Shown piece by piece: positions 11,301 to 26,300 of a stretch of 64,000 nt of DNA. Under the pieces are notes generated by a model, which did not search any database, was not told the DNA's origin, and was given only the letters and a program-made list of their open reading frames with translations. Source of the stretch: Phoronis australis (lineage: Eukaryota > Animalia > Phoronida); the NCBI GenBank assembly GCA_002633005.1, contig NMRA01000357.1:196894-260893 (forward strand), in the 5' to 3' direction. The first letter of the stretch is position 1. Each line of letters starts with the position of its first letter. The translations under genes were made by a program, and so were the position numbers.

Positions 11301-14300
11301 TGAGGTGCGACAATGGGGACGAGTTGGGTCAAAAGTGGAAAAGTTAAGGGACAACTTGCAAATATGGGACGACCGAGGGAAAAAAAGTTTGACAACGTGG
11401 GCGTGCGACAGACCTTGGCAAAGTCGACTCTGTATGTGACCCCCCGATAATGTTTACTTTTCTAAGCTCCTGGATGCTATAAAAAGTACGTTATCGAGTT
11501 GTGACGGCTTCTCCTTAGACCAAAGTTTAATTAATGTACGAAGTGATATTTCCTCAAAAAGGTCAATGGTGATTACTCAAGTCCACATTTAAAGAGGCAT
11601 GGAACGCGAAAACTCGTAAAAGAACCTCTTAAACAGATGGTGGCGAATCTAATTATTGGGTATGCTAACGTGAGACATATTCACTTTCATCATTGGACGA
11701 ATTTCGAAAAAAATTGTCAGAATCACTATTTTCGATACGCAGGCGAAATACTAACTATTTCATCCCGGTGCAGTTTTCAAAATTTTCGCCCCAAAATGAT
11801 ACATATGTGCGCATGCGCTCAAGGAAGATAGACTGGATGCTGCTTGAAATGGGCAATCAAAGGTGAAAGGACACATTTTCCGTAATACCGGGGAAATGTG
11901 CTACGTCTATGTCATACTAAATAAGAAGACGTGGAAAAAATCGACGAAGCGACGGACTGTTTTTATTTTTTAAAGTCTAAAACCAAAGGAAAAAACTTGG
12001 TATCAACAGAAGTTCAAAATCTCTGGTGAACAGTTTGACTTCTGTTTCAATGGAAGTGAACCAATTTGAAAAATGCAATTTAGTCTGTTTTTCACGTTTG
12101 ATACAATTTTAAAGAAGTTGAGTGAATGTAACTTTTGCATTGTTAAAACCTCAATCCTCAATTCATAAAATCTGCAAGTGTGCAATTTCCTACGGTCGTT
12201 AACCGACATATGCTTGCAATCTAACATAGCATATCTTGTTGGTGGAGAAACTACGAGGATATCTGGGAACTCCGTTTTATCTTACCGAGCTAAGGCAGTG
12301 AGTGAGCACATCAGAAGAAGCCCGAGTGAAAAAGTTAATTTCCTAAAAATACTATACACAGCCACGGTTGCTATCTCGAAATATTGTCAGTCACATGTAC
12401 TATATTATTAGGAAACTCTTGCAATGCATTTATGAAACAGTTACTTTTTGGTCTGTATAGGTCTTTACTTATTCCTTGAAAAGAATTGATGGGTATGCTA
12501 TAAGTGTTATGTGGCAAGTCTATAGATCATAATACCCATCCAAAACAGAGTGTCATCGCTTATCTTCATTAGTAAATTTGATAGTTCCTCAACAGGTTCG
12601 GAAATGGAACGGACACTACCTATGGATCGGTGTCAATGACAATGGAACACATGGTGTTTTCGTTGACTCGTCGGGAGAACCCGTAACTTATACAAGTAAG
12701 TTTTCCAAGAAAACTTTCTATAACGTAGGAACGTTATGATGCTTAAATTGCACAACGTGAAGCAAAAATCAAGAACATCACCGACCGTGTTTCTACTGTG
12801 ACCAAAAGATGACATCGCGCGTTTCTTTTTTAATTATCTCAGGACCTAGATCCCGACTTAACTATCTCATGATCTCGAGATCCTGAGATTATTTTCATTA
12901 GTGTGTCGCTGTACGTAAACAGTCTTCTAGCGCGCAGCATTGCCACACCATCTGGATCAACAGCAGAAAGAATGTTTCGCTCAGTTTGTCGTTTCACCAC
13001 TAAGCCATTAGTGACACATTTGTGGTGTATGAATCTACAACCATGTTTCTGCCCTGGTATCGATATTTGTCGGTCTATGAAACCAATCACATCATCAATG
13101 TCTTTTATATAATTGCAACGACGCGCGAGCCCTAGTCTTGACGACAAACGCCGAAGGTGCCTAACGCTAATAATGATACCACACGGATACCCAAGCATGT
13201 CTACAGTTTCTTTTTGCGACAGCCCTAAGTGGAAAAGATCTCTAACAGCTTGATCTCTATACAAATTGGAATATTCTTGGTAACATAAAACAAAGCCTAT
13301 CACGTGACACCAATTTTACAACAGTAAGAGACCCAATTCTTTGTTTTTCATCCAGCTAAACTAGCAGCACTGCAGTGTTAAGTAGAAAAAGTAGCTTTAA
13401 AATCACCCGTCAACAACAGACACGAAAATCTGTTGTGGCGTGATCAATCTAAGTTCTGTCCTTTCCTCAGATCATGTTATCTGGACTGTTGACCGATGGA
13501 AGTTCATTGCGTTGATGCGTCCTGATAGCTCTGCTGACAGTGTGGGTCAGGATTGCAAAGTGCCTTGATTACTTGTCCTGGTGATGATGTATGAGACGTC
13601 GAAACATGTTGAAGTTGAAAAATCTCGTTATTTTTATTAATATTGTCACTTACTTTTCTTCGTCGAGACCATACCCGGTTTCACGCCAGATACAAGGGGA
13701 TCGCATGAGCTTTAACAAATTTGAAAGTTAAGTCATCTATCTCATTGCATAAAATGCTAAAACATTTCCAGTGCAACTGCCATTTGAATTAGTTGATACT
13801 GTGATATACCCATCACAAAGTCATGGTTCAGAAATATGAGGTTTTAAGGAGTAGGATTGAAAAGGTGCACTTAGTTGCGTAAAATTATTTTTGGAGTACA
13901 GTGTAGATGGTAACCGCCAGTTTTAATATTGCAGTTTTGCTCTGGTGGTACTCAGCTATTTTTCGGTAAGGATGCCGCTGAAATATTAGTTTACCGTTAG
14001 AACATTTATTTTCTTGTACAACATACCTATAACCCGTATTATACGCAGTTGTACAATATACACAGTTACGTAACCTACATCCTCTCTTATTTTACCAGCA
14101 TTTAACATTCACACACATGTACGTAGCAATTTTTAAACTGTTCCCGTCAAATCTTGAGGGCCCCTCGTGGGTTTTTAAGTTGTTATCCTTGTCCAACCGA
14201 GGCTGACCGACCCAAACCTCTTGAATTTTTGTTTTTTTGCCCCGTTTTATATTTTTTCCTTCGCCGATGGGCGCTCGTAACTGTCCACCTGCTCTCGAAG

Positions 14301-17300
14301 CCCGTGATTATGCATTCAATTTCATTTGCAACTTGTTTTTTATTTAAACTAGTTCGAGTATTCGTTGCGAAAACCGCAATTTAGTAGTTGCGAACGGTGG
14401 GCATTTGAAAACAGACTGTGCTGAAAGACTCGAGACCCCGACATATTTAAGTCGAGTTCTCGAGAATCTGAGATCCCCAGATAATTAAGTCTGAATTTGG
14501 AGATCCAGAGATACTTAAACAAGAAACGTGCGATGCCATCTTTGGACCACCGTATGCTTCCCCTGGTCAGATTTATAATATAATGAAATTGTGGTAAAAC
14601 ATTAATGCTAGACATCTATAGCTGCAAATGTCGAGGTCAGCTGCAAGCTGCAAATTTTTGTCACATCGTTCTGAAACCCTGGTACTGCAAGCTTAAAAAC
14701 CGATGTGATTTTATAGAGTCACAAATGTTCCATGGGTGGGGGGGTGGAGGGTGAAATCTCTATGGCATACAGTGATACGAAAGATCAACGAGTACTTTGA
14801 CAAGACAGGGAAACACTTAGAAAGTGAGCTCACTACAGTATAACATGCCAAAGATATTGTGAGGGGTAGAAAATTGACGCTGAAAAAAACTGTATTCTTG
14901 AATTTCATGGAGCCACACATTATCATCACCTGTATGTAATATGGGCAAGTTGGACACCATGCAGTATTATAGACTGTGAGAGCGATTTTCCTATGGCATC
15001 TTTCTTCCATAGTTCTCTGGATCTAGTGCTGGTGATATTCCACCGCATAACAGACTCGAAATGGGCTCCGTGTACGTATAATTCTCCGTGAATGCCTCTA
15101 TTGTCGGTGACTGTTTTGTGGCGGACATGTATCCCTTGCCGTCTTTCTTCAACATACTAGTAGTCTGGTTCCTGACGTCTTCCTGATTCTCTTCAGTTCA
15201 AAACAGCACATACATTTAGTGGCCTGTTTTCTGACATTAGAAAAATGTGCATTAGTGCTGATGGCAGACAAATCATGTCCAGCCTTCAATATTTTAACGA
15301 TGGATCCCTTTCCAACTCCATAGACGGAGTAGCATGCCAACGTGATACACCCCTACAGCGCATGGGCAGGTAGGAGACCTTCACAATATTGCTACATATT
15401 TCCACTATCAACTTCTATGCTTACTAGACGATTTCATGGTTATAGTATTTGAAACTGTTCCTTGACAAATCAATGCACACGAAGCACAACACACTTTTGA
15501 CATCCGAAACAACCTAAATCTGTTAAGTTCACATGCACATTTCACGTTATGTTCCACTATAATGGAGCCGGTGTCTTCATATGGGATGCCTCCAGATAAT
15601 ACCTGCTGCCAGTGTTCTTGTACTATAGTAAGGGACAGGAATCTTCATCAGTGATTACCTACTTGTATTCCTTACGTACTAGGTGCTAGCCTTTCTTGAA
15701 GTCTGGTAACATTGCCTGCCCAGTGTTCAATATTTCATGCACATTAACTGTTGGAGTAGCAATCCTTTCACTGCTAATGTTCACTACTGCGTCTTTGGGA
15801 TGGACCTTGTGATCCAATAGTTCGATTCTGGTATCTACTGTTGACAAATTGGTGCAATATCTTGAGCATGTGCTTCAAGACGTGCCTTAGTCTCTTCTGT
15901 GTGATATGTTTGAGTACAAGATCTAATGTTACCGCTCTCTATCTTTCCAAGACCTTTCCAATCTTGTAGGACAAATGGCACCTTGTGCCCAAAGAGTCTC
16001 TTCTTTGAGGCCAATTGCTTACTATGCACCCACTACTATATTCGCACCTCATTAATGTGGTCCCTATAAACTGATACTGTAGCTTTGTGTCCCATTCCCG
16101 TATTCACCCAGGTTATTAACTAATTTGTGTTTTTGCTATGGTCTGTGGGAGCGCAGGGCAATAGGCGACAATTTCCTTTTGGAATTTAAGGTCTCACACT
16201 GCAGAGCACACACTACACCAAATATTTTCTTACGTCATCTTCAGAAAAGAGTTTCTAAAATTCATCATGCTACAACCTGCAAACAGATTTCATTAAATTC
16301 ATTGACCACAGAAACATGGGTGCAAATATTTATAACTAACCTTTGGTGTTTGATGTAGCAATTATAAGCACTGTCAAGTAGAATGGAATCTGTGATTTGT
16401 GTAAATTATCAATTATGCAATTCATGATGACCATGAAAACATGAAATATATTCGATAAAAAGTCTACTATAATGCACGTAAGGAAATTGGGAGCATAAAC
16501 AGTATTTGGAAAACTGGTGTCCTTTATTTGCATAAGTTATTCAACTTCACCATGCAACAACTTGCAAACTGATTTCATTAAATTCATTCACCACAGATAA
16601 CATGGGTGAAGACGTAAAAATAGTTTACCTGTGGTGCCTGGTACTTCAGCTATAAAAAGTAGAATTTTGGCTCTAATTTGCACATATTATGCAAATTCAC
16701 GATGTATCCAGCAGCGAACGAGGTCCATTAATTTCACTAACTATGGAAGCATGGGTGAAAATATTAAAGTAACCTGTCTGAAGTGTTTGGTAAGGGCGTT
16801 ATAAGCAAAAAGATTTTGAATAACGATGGCCTTAATTTGCATTAATTATACAAATTTATCATGCGCCAACTTAAAAACTGATTTCATTTAACTAATTGAC
16901 CATAGGAACATAGGTGCAAATATCATAATTTACTTGCGATGATTGGAACCATAGCTATTAGAACAAGTAAAAATTCGAATAACGGAGGTACTAATTTGCA
17001 TAAATTACACAAATTCACTACGTATCCCTCCATAAAACTTGCACTATTAAATTCGCTGACCATGGAAACATGGATGAAAACACCAAAAAATCTGCTTGCA
17101 GCGCTTAGTAAGGAAAATATAAGTAGAAATAGAATTTTGCATAATGGCAGCCTTAATTTAAAAACGTGCTCAAGTGTGGCGCACGATCATCCCCCTAAAT
17201 GATTACTATCTTTGCCTAGGGTACATAAAACAGCCAAGAAAAAACTTTATCCGGCAAATCCAGGTTAAGTTGAAAAAACAGCATTTGGCGTCCGGACTAA

Positions 17301-20300
17301 AATAAACTAATTCTTTACAGTTGAACAGTTTGTATTCTTCTATGATTAGTAGAAGAATCTTTTCAAAATCTGAATGCGAGAAATTTAACAATGTCATCAT
17401 TGACAGTGCCCACAGAAGCAATGGCAAGTGTCTACCAGGTGGAAAGCGTCTAAATGTTGGTGAAAAGATGTTTACATGGAAAATGGAAAATATTTGTTCA
17501 TGATATTTATTATGAAACACAATACACAAAAATTACCAAACAAGTGAACACCAAGAGGAAAACAATATTTACATTTTACTGTACAAGGTCAACTCAATGG
17601 TTTTAAAAAATGTATATCTACGAGGCTTGAAATAAACATAAAAACAAGTTCATTTATTTCCTTTTGTTAGAGCGGAGCCTCAGTTACTGAACTTGGAGAT
17701 TTTCAATCGCATAATTTGTGTTGTTCTCTCAAAGAGACTTTTTACCCAGGCGTTGAGCAACCTATACACAGCGTTGGTATTACATCCACACTATTTAACA
17801 AACTTGAGTGACTCAACTTCAAACTATTAGTCCACAAAAGCTGCGCTAATCACAAGACAACATGTAGTCTACCTACAGCATGTACATGTAAGCTCTTGCC
17901 TAGGAGGAGCATCAGTTTCCTCTCTACAGTAAAAAAAAAGCTTGACTACAGACCAACCTCAACTTGAAAATCAAGATGTTCAGAATAACAAATTTGTTCA
18001 CTACACAGAAGTATATATTTAGACATTTCGGATTCCATGCATACAGGTTGTACTTCAGAAGTTCAGGACATCACTGCAATCCCAAAACCGCTGTTATACA
18101 TGCAGTTTTCTAAATTAACATTTCGATTTCGTTTTATGATTTTTTTTTACTTTTTCATAAAAATCATAAAATTTTGATAGCCCTTTGTGCAAAACAGGAT
18201 CATTCTTAAAACAATTCCCAACCGCCCTTTAGAGAAACATTCATCAGGCAAAGTATATGAAAGTTTCATGCCATTTTTGATATATGAAATTAGACCAATT
18301 TGGAATTTTTGTAGGGTCTTACATTAACTTAAGAAGCTGCATTCAATTTACCTTAACATTTCCTTTTATTCGTTTGCAGATTGGGGAACGAGTTGGCCAA
18401 GAAACAGCACAGTTGCAACTTGCGTCGATTTTTTTGCCGATGGAAAGTGGTACAACTTCCCATGTGAAGGCCATATTCACCAACATCTCATGTGCAAAAC
18501 AGGTATTTCGCTCAGTGTATTAAAAGCGCCGTGACCAACAAACTACCTGAAGAACAATAACAACGGCATCTATCGAAGAATGTTTCTTCCTTAAAATCTT
18601 GAATAAGCTTGCTGGACCAGTCACCGTTTTCAACATTGACGTCCAAGCGTCTTGCCGTCTTGGTAGGTATTGCTTTCCAAGGTTGAATAAGATTGATTAC
18701 CACCAATGATTCGACCTTGCCTCTACAAGTCTTGGAAATCATCCGTCAGCAAGCAGGAATAGCCTTCTCGAAAATGTTATTTAATCTCAATAAAACATTT
18801 TCATACTTCGACATTAGCGATCATGTAATACCAATTGCTTTCATACACATTTCACGGCTAGAAAATGACTAAATTAACAAAGACTTGTTTTTCTAAACTT
18901 GGAATATAAATTGTCAAATCGAGATATTTGTATCGCCAAAAGACAAACTGCGTTCATTTGTCCTTAATCGTTTGGAAAACACTCCTTGACACGTAAGCTC
19001 TCAGTGTAGATATACTGCATATATCCATAAGGAAACGTTTTCGTTGGATTTGAGCGACATTTTTGGCTGATTTTTCCAGGGACGCTACTCAGCTTGATAA
19101 ATTTATGATGACTCAAATTGGAACTTCAGCGTTTCCCAAAAGTAGCCATCTGATCACCGTGCGTCGGAATTTTCATCAGTAATTTTTTATTTTTAGAGCA
19201 GTAAAGTTGTTTTTACAGGATCGTCGCCTTGGATTGTAAATTTGAGTAACACAAATGAATGAGCTCAATCAAATTTGGCGTTGCACACGCGAATTTACTC
19301 GACAAGGAGACTGATCAGCAACCGCAAAACACGGCTTCTACCGCTGAATACTGAATACGCCCTCTACCGTGATATACGGATTGGCTCTACTTTCCCGTAT
19401 TTCACAGTTGATAACGTGGAGTATATAACAACCGTATTTTCTCATGGACGGGCTAAAAATTGATAACGATTGTTATTTCAAAGGCCTAGACCGGTTCGTT
19501 TTTCAGAACTTAAGAATTTATTCAGAAAATTTACAGATAGACTTCTCAAACCATTTCACTTAGCTTACTTTAGACGGGACGAAACTGGTAAACTGCAGAT
19601 CGATTTTATGATACTAGTTACCTTAAACACTGTTCAATGTCACCAAAATCTTATAAATGTCCACACATTGTTAGACCGTTATCTGCAACGTTATTTTCAC
19701 GAGAAAAAGGCAAAAAATTGTTGAAAATTTACGTTCCGCCAAATGAAGGAATCAGATTTATGATTTACCGCTCGAAAACTGCTCTGAAAGATGTTTTCAC
19801 GAAAAACGCGGTGGGTGTATAGCAGGTGACTAAAATTGAAATATTGTTATGTGTATGTATATTTTTCTGATCTCCAAAAATGACTCATCGTTACATTAAA
19901 ACATAGATTTTAGCATTAAAGTCGAAGGTGGATCGATGTCGCACAGAGATATATAACATGAATTCCAAAAATGCTTGTCGAGTTCTGAATTTTTAAACTG
20001 TATGTTGCGACACTTGACCTGTTTGAGTTTGTTTTTTATACTGTTGTATTTTAGCGTTATTAAACGTGTTGGTGTTCCAATTGTTCTTTGGTTATATCTT
20101 TTGTCGCTATGTCCTAAAAATACATCTTCATTTTTGGCTTGTTCTCTTACCTTGAATCAAGGGTGGTACTTCTGCTTGTAATAGGACTAAAACCACAGTA
20201 CCAGAGGCTGATTCTGACCTTATCACAGGCCTAAGTAAATCAAAGCCCTTGTTTGCACAGCTGTGGCAGACACATGGAAAAACACATAACTGGCAGAAAG

Positions 20301-23300
20301 TGCACTCGATGGGGTTTCTAGAACTGGAGAAATTCAATAAAGCCATGTTTTGCACATTGCTACCACGAAAAAATTCGAGATGCCAAAATTTTGGCCTTTT
20401 TTCACCTAAAATCACACAGGTGCGACTGCCCCGGTGAAAGAACTGAGACCACCATCCGATTGCGCTTTCCATCTAGATTCCTGAAAATTCAGGTTAAAAT
20501 ATGTCTTTACCAACCAGATTTTTGACAATATCCACTTGTGTGAAGGTTACCTGGATTCGTGCCACGAATTCGAGGCTCTCAAAATGCCGGCACATTCATA
20601 TCCTACTGAGAAGACGGGTATCGATAATGTCGCGTGAGTGGGTAATTCCAATCATATATTCAGTGGTGGATGAAAGGAAACTATTGATGTACTGATCTGA
20701 TTTTATTCTACGAGACTCCAGAAAAATTGTAATATAAAGTTGATTGGTTGGTTTTGATGAACTTTTGCTGAAACGGGTTTTGTGGGACGGAAACTCTGGA
20801 GGTCACATAACAGGGATTTGTTGGCGCAAATGTCGCCAGAGGTAGCATGGTAAGTCTAGCTATTGCGACGACTTGCATTGTACAAATAGCCAATCCACCG
20901 AAGTATAATCATCAAAGCACAGCATGATTATTTCCTTGGTACACTTTGTGCTTGGTGCTGGGGACCAGTACCTGATCGGTCACTTGATGTTACGGAAAGA
21001 TAACGTCTCCAAGCAACTAAACCTAAACAATAATTGCAATACACAGCGGTGATATCTGTTTAATACCATTGTTCTTGATAACATCAGATAGTCAATAGAA
21101 AGTTAAACAACAAAAAACAACACTATGTGTTTTATCTTGCGACGCTTTGATATTATATTCCTCAATATCATCAGGTATGATACAGTCAGTTCACAGATGT
21201 AATGACATTATGTATAAAGACGAAACAAATCCATAATCCATCATATCACAGTGAATAATACAGCACCGAACATCCCACCTCTACAACTGCTCTAGTTTGA
21301 ATGCATCGAGTTTCCTGTTTCATGACCTCTCTGCATGATGTTGCTTTAGAAAAAAATTTCATCACAGAATGACAACCTGGTAAGTTATTGTCCTCATCAA
21401 AGATTTTCAGACCCAAGAAGGCTATACTATACTCTCTGTCTCATGTTCAGTATGTTATGCAAAAGTCTGGTGGGCATGCCGACTGTCACCGAGGGGTGAA
21501 CTTGACATCAGCATGTCCTTGCTCACGTCCTCTTTATACTCCAATCCAATTGTTTCTCAGACGATGCTCCTCCACTCGACGATAACCGCTTCGATATTCC
21601 ACCACCGACATGTCCCCTTTACTCGGTTCCCTCCCAAAACCGATGTTCCCAAGCCTTATGTACCATTTTCTCGTTAATTCAATTTCTGCAAGACTTGTTG
21701 GTGTTCATCAGGAGTATGATATGTTCTTGGGATGGGTCTTGAATAAAAATGTGAGGCACCTCCTGATGCCAGGTTTCAATGAACACATGGTACGCAACGT
21801 TTACACGTCTATTTCATACCTGCTGGCTTAGCGATATGCATATACATCTATAAAAGTAGATTTGGTCTTCAACTCGACGGATTTGCTACTGAACTGAATT
21901 TAGAAAATTACATAATGAAATGTATTGTATTTCTTATCCGTAATTTTGCAGTGCAAGAGTGCGAGTACAATCCTTGTCACACTTACGCAAAATGTTTCAA
22001 CGCGACTGGCGTCCCCTGGTGTAGATGCTCGACAGGATATACGGGAAATGGCACATATTGTGAAGGTTATGTCCCAGAATACTCACTGTCTCTGTTGCAC
22101 AAGCCAAAAATTCCCGCCGCAAGAGCCTTGCGCACCGCTAGCTTTACTGAACGTGTCTCTTCTAAGTGATCCCCGTGGACATCTTCAAATGTGTATCCCG
22201 CTTCCATAGGATATCCACGGGAAGAAGTAATCTACAAATTGGTGCAAACTTGGGTGATTTTATGCCAGCACCTGAACAAATTGTGCTTTTAACTACTACG
22301 GGGGCTGTTAAGATCGTAATGCTCCGTAGCCTACGCAATCCTGCTCCAGTCATACTTACTAACTGGACACGTAGCTTGTTTCTTATTCAGATTAAGATGA
22401 ATTTTTGTGGGCTTGGAACGAAGTGACGTTTCGTCGTTCCGTAAACGCAAGGTTCTTCTGACCTCTTGTCGGTGAGAAATCTTCGCCTTTGGAACGGAAA
22501 CAGTGAATTCCATCTCATAATTCACCATTCAAGCCTTCATGGCCTATTACCTCAATGGTCGCTATTTGATAATGTTCACGTGTAAGGTTCGGAATTTGCT
22601 CGCAAAGAATCGCCTTTCACTCTTGTGATTTTGTTTGGTGTTGCGTACAGTCGCCAAAACCTGCAAACAAGTACTACATAGCATACCCCGCCTCAAGTCA
22701 TGACGGAGGATGATATTACAGGAAATGCTTCGGCCATTCTATCAACTTGTAGTTGTCTAAACTCAGTGATGGCTTGAGCTTCAGCCGCGAAGTTGGAATT
22801 TGTCGTGCGGTTTTCGAATTCTACAATGATTTTACACTTATACAATAAAAACGACTATTGCATGAATGTGCAGCTCCAGGTGACAATTCTGAAGCATTAA
22901 TTTCACTCAGTTGAGTTGGAAGCCGTTTATTAATCTCACAAAATAAAAAATTACACCGTTACTGTAGACAATTTATATAAGCGAGAACGATATTGCTTAT
23001 CTGCTTAATGCTCTGAAGATAGAAAACACGTCTGAAAGTCATTTCAGATTCACCCGCAAGAAGGCTCCATTTCGCCTACACGTGGACTTATTAAATCAAA
23101 ACAATCCATGTTTTAAGGATTTCAACCAATCCTCATTCTGCGACCTAATGATGCATCGCTGACGTCCAACTTCATTGACAAAAACAGGATTCAACTAAGA
23201 AGTCATACTTTCATTGTCACAAATATATTATGGTACTTGGTGTATGGTCTTTCCCTACAGTTGCAGTGTAACTCACCTAAAGCGTAGGTCACATTTGCCT

Positions 23301-26300
23301 GTTTAGCAGACTTTGTTAGGAATTTTCAAATTTTGAGGGTTGTAGAGGGATACAGAGCATTAATTTGTGTCAGAGGACTGATTTAATCAAACTGAAGCTC
23401 ATCGATATTCGAAGGAAGTCATGTAAAAATTGTCACGTTACACACTTCATCGAAGCTGCATAGCCCATAATGAGGTTATCGCAAAGCAATGATCATTGCT
23501 AAGCACATTTTTTTGTTTTATCACGAGGTAGAAAGACCATCTCGCCACGAGCTGTCTCATCTAGAACATTCAAACAGGGTCTGGAAATCATGTAACATGA
23601 GTCCGCTCAAAATACTTCATCAAAGAGACGCTTCATTCATTTTGAGATTGGCAAATTTAAGAGTAAAGGATTTCGAAGCAGCAGAGATGATGCCCAATAT
23701 TTTATGTACAGCTCGAAACGAATATCAGATGATTCTTTTGCCTGAAAGGAGGTAACTTTGGCCGAATATTAATCAGTATCATAGCACACTTGAGTTCTAG
23801 TATATTTTGTAAAATGGCTCCATTACGGCCACCCTACGAGACTGTATAGGAATTTCCTCTCCTTTATACAATTGTCATACATGTAGGTACGTGAGGTATT
23901 TCGTAATTACATTGGGTTATACCGTATAGCCTAAGCGGGAAAATGGTTGCGTTATTTTGAGAAAATATTAACTTTCAGATATTGACGAGTGTGAGCAGTC
24001 TCTGTGTCACTCAAAAGCCACCTGCACCAATACAAAGGGATCGTACACTTGTCAATGTGTCTCTGGTTATACTGGAAATGGCTGGTCATGTGAAGGTAAG
24101 AATTTATAAGAACGTGATTGATTTAACATACTGGATGGTAAAACTACTCGGACTGAGGCTGCAAATTGGTCGCAGGTTGACCTTGTACATGTATGTTATT
24201 AAAATGAAGTTTATAACTAATTGAAAGGAGACGCGTATTCTGTTATTGCTTCACACTGCTTTTACTGACATTTGACATATACATGTAGGTCTACACATAC
24301 TACATATGGATACCCAAACGCATAACTTTACGATTAGATGAGAATCGGTTTGACCATAATATGTGTTGGGAGGGGGGGGGGGGTGAAATAAATGACNGTG
24401 GATAACTTGAATTTTTCTATAAGCTGGCGCTCATTTTTGATCCTTGAGAAAAGTGTCATGAAATGTTATGATGTAAATTTTTTTTACAGATTTCAACGAA
24501 TGTATTCTTTCTCCCTGCGGTTCTGGTGCCTCGTGTGTGAACACTGCTGGGTCGTACAGATGTGAATGTCGACTGGGTTTCGTACTGAATGGCGCGAAGT
24601 GCGAAGGTAACGCGTACGTTGATAAACGATGGACTTGCATGAGCAAAAATCCACATTTTCAAAGTCAGAGAGTTTTCGACTTTACTGATTTTCAGAACGA
24701 TCTTTTATAGTTTTCTAAGATTTTCATATTTTGCCTTTTTCAGATGTCAACGAATGTCAATCGAACCCTTGTGACTCCAAAGCAGATTGCTCCAATACTA
24801 TGGGTTCCTTCACGTGCCTGTGTAAAGACGGATATTCTGGAGATGGGATGACCTGCGAAGGTTCGATTTGTCTACCTTGTTATACCTGGATTTCCAATCC
24901 ATTGACAATTTTTATGGATAGAGAGTGATGTCATACTTGCAATGACCGCAAATAAAACACCTGCATCGTGAGATGACAGACGGCGAGCAAATTCTTAGCT
25001 CGCTTGGGTGAGCTTGCAACAGTTTTCGTTGATCAAAAGGGTCAGTAACCAGAAGGCGAGACCGGCTCGGCCACAAAATGGCCGCCAAACGACATATGAT
25101 AGAAATCGACGATACTTCGGGAGTTCCCGAAAAAAGCTCTTCAAAGCACATTTTGAAAACAATATTGAAAGCTATACACTTTTCAACACTGTGTATTTTG
25201 TACATAGTTTGCTCTTCCTGAAACCAGTTTGTCTTAAGCGAGCGGAGATCACTGTGACAATTTCTTGGGAAATCCTGGCACATTCAAATCTCGGTTATCA
25301 GATAAAATGAGCAAGGGAAGCAATAGAAATGAAGTGTATTACAAAATGTCGTGCTTTTTGCCATAAAATTCCCAAAATAATGTGGATATGAATTTGACCA
25401 TGCATCACACAAATAATAGACGTTAGTGTTAAATTAGGAAGTAAATCAAAAAAAGTCTTCCAGTAGTTGCAATGAATTATGAATAGTGTAAACATTAAAT
25501 TGTGGACGATCAACTCAACGTCCAAATGCAACAGTATGATTTACCCAATTTTTTGGAAACAGGGTTAGAGAGTTCACACGATCAATTGTGAAATAAAACT
25601 GATGAAAACGGACACCTGTTGCAGTTTATGATTAGTGGTTATTACGAATCAAAAATTAGTGTTAAGCTAAACGTGGCATCTCACGCGAGCAGTCTTTGAA
25701 TCACAATTGCAGTTGCGCCAGACCTAGACACATCTAGTGATCCTTGCAATTCAAACGAGGTGACTTACATCAAACACCCAGTGTCTGACATTCCCTACAG
25801 AAGCGCCAATGTGACTACAAGCAAAACCGTTGATAAACATCTGCTTTGTGACATCGGTTTGAAACAAGGTGAGTCTGAACAGTTGTGTGTTCTACTTATT
25901 TATACGTACACACACACATGCGCGCGCGCACGCACGCACGCATGTGCACGCACATACATGCAAATGCAAACACGCAAGAATGTTAGTAGAATTACCTGTG
26001 AATGCAAGACAGTGAATTATCATATACTAGGCGGACCACGAAGGATAAAAATCTTCAGTAAGTGTTAACAAAATACAAATAGTGGAATTTCTTGCAAAAC
26101 GAAAGAATTTTGTCTCCACTCTCATTTCATAAAAAAATGAAGATTTCTTATGAAAGTTACAGTGCATGAGCCAAATGCATGGACATTGTATACATCAATT
26201 AATAAAATCCAATTAAGTTCAGAAGCGAAGTTCGAGCTAAATGTTTCTCTTCTGTGACCTATAGGGTGGTATATGTTCTTGGCTCCATCAACACCCTACC

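Noticed and set aside
11589-12420. Possible Kolobok-like MITE starting ttaaagaggcatgg
   Set aside because: No matching right TIR or TTAA was found.
20180-20975. Possible second Academ-like non-autonomous element
   Set aside because: Terminal similarity is too weak to define boundaries.
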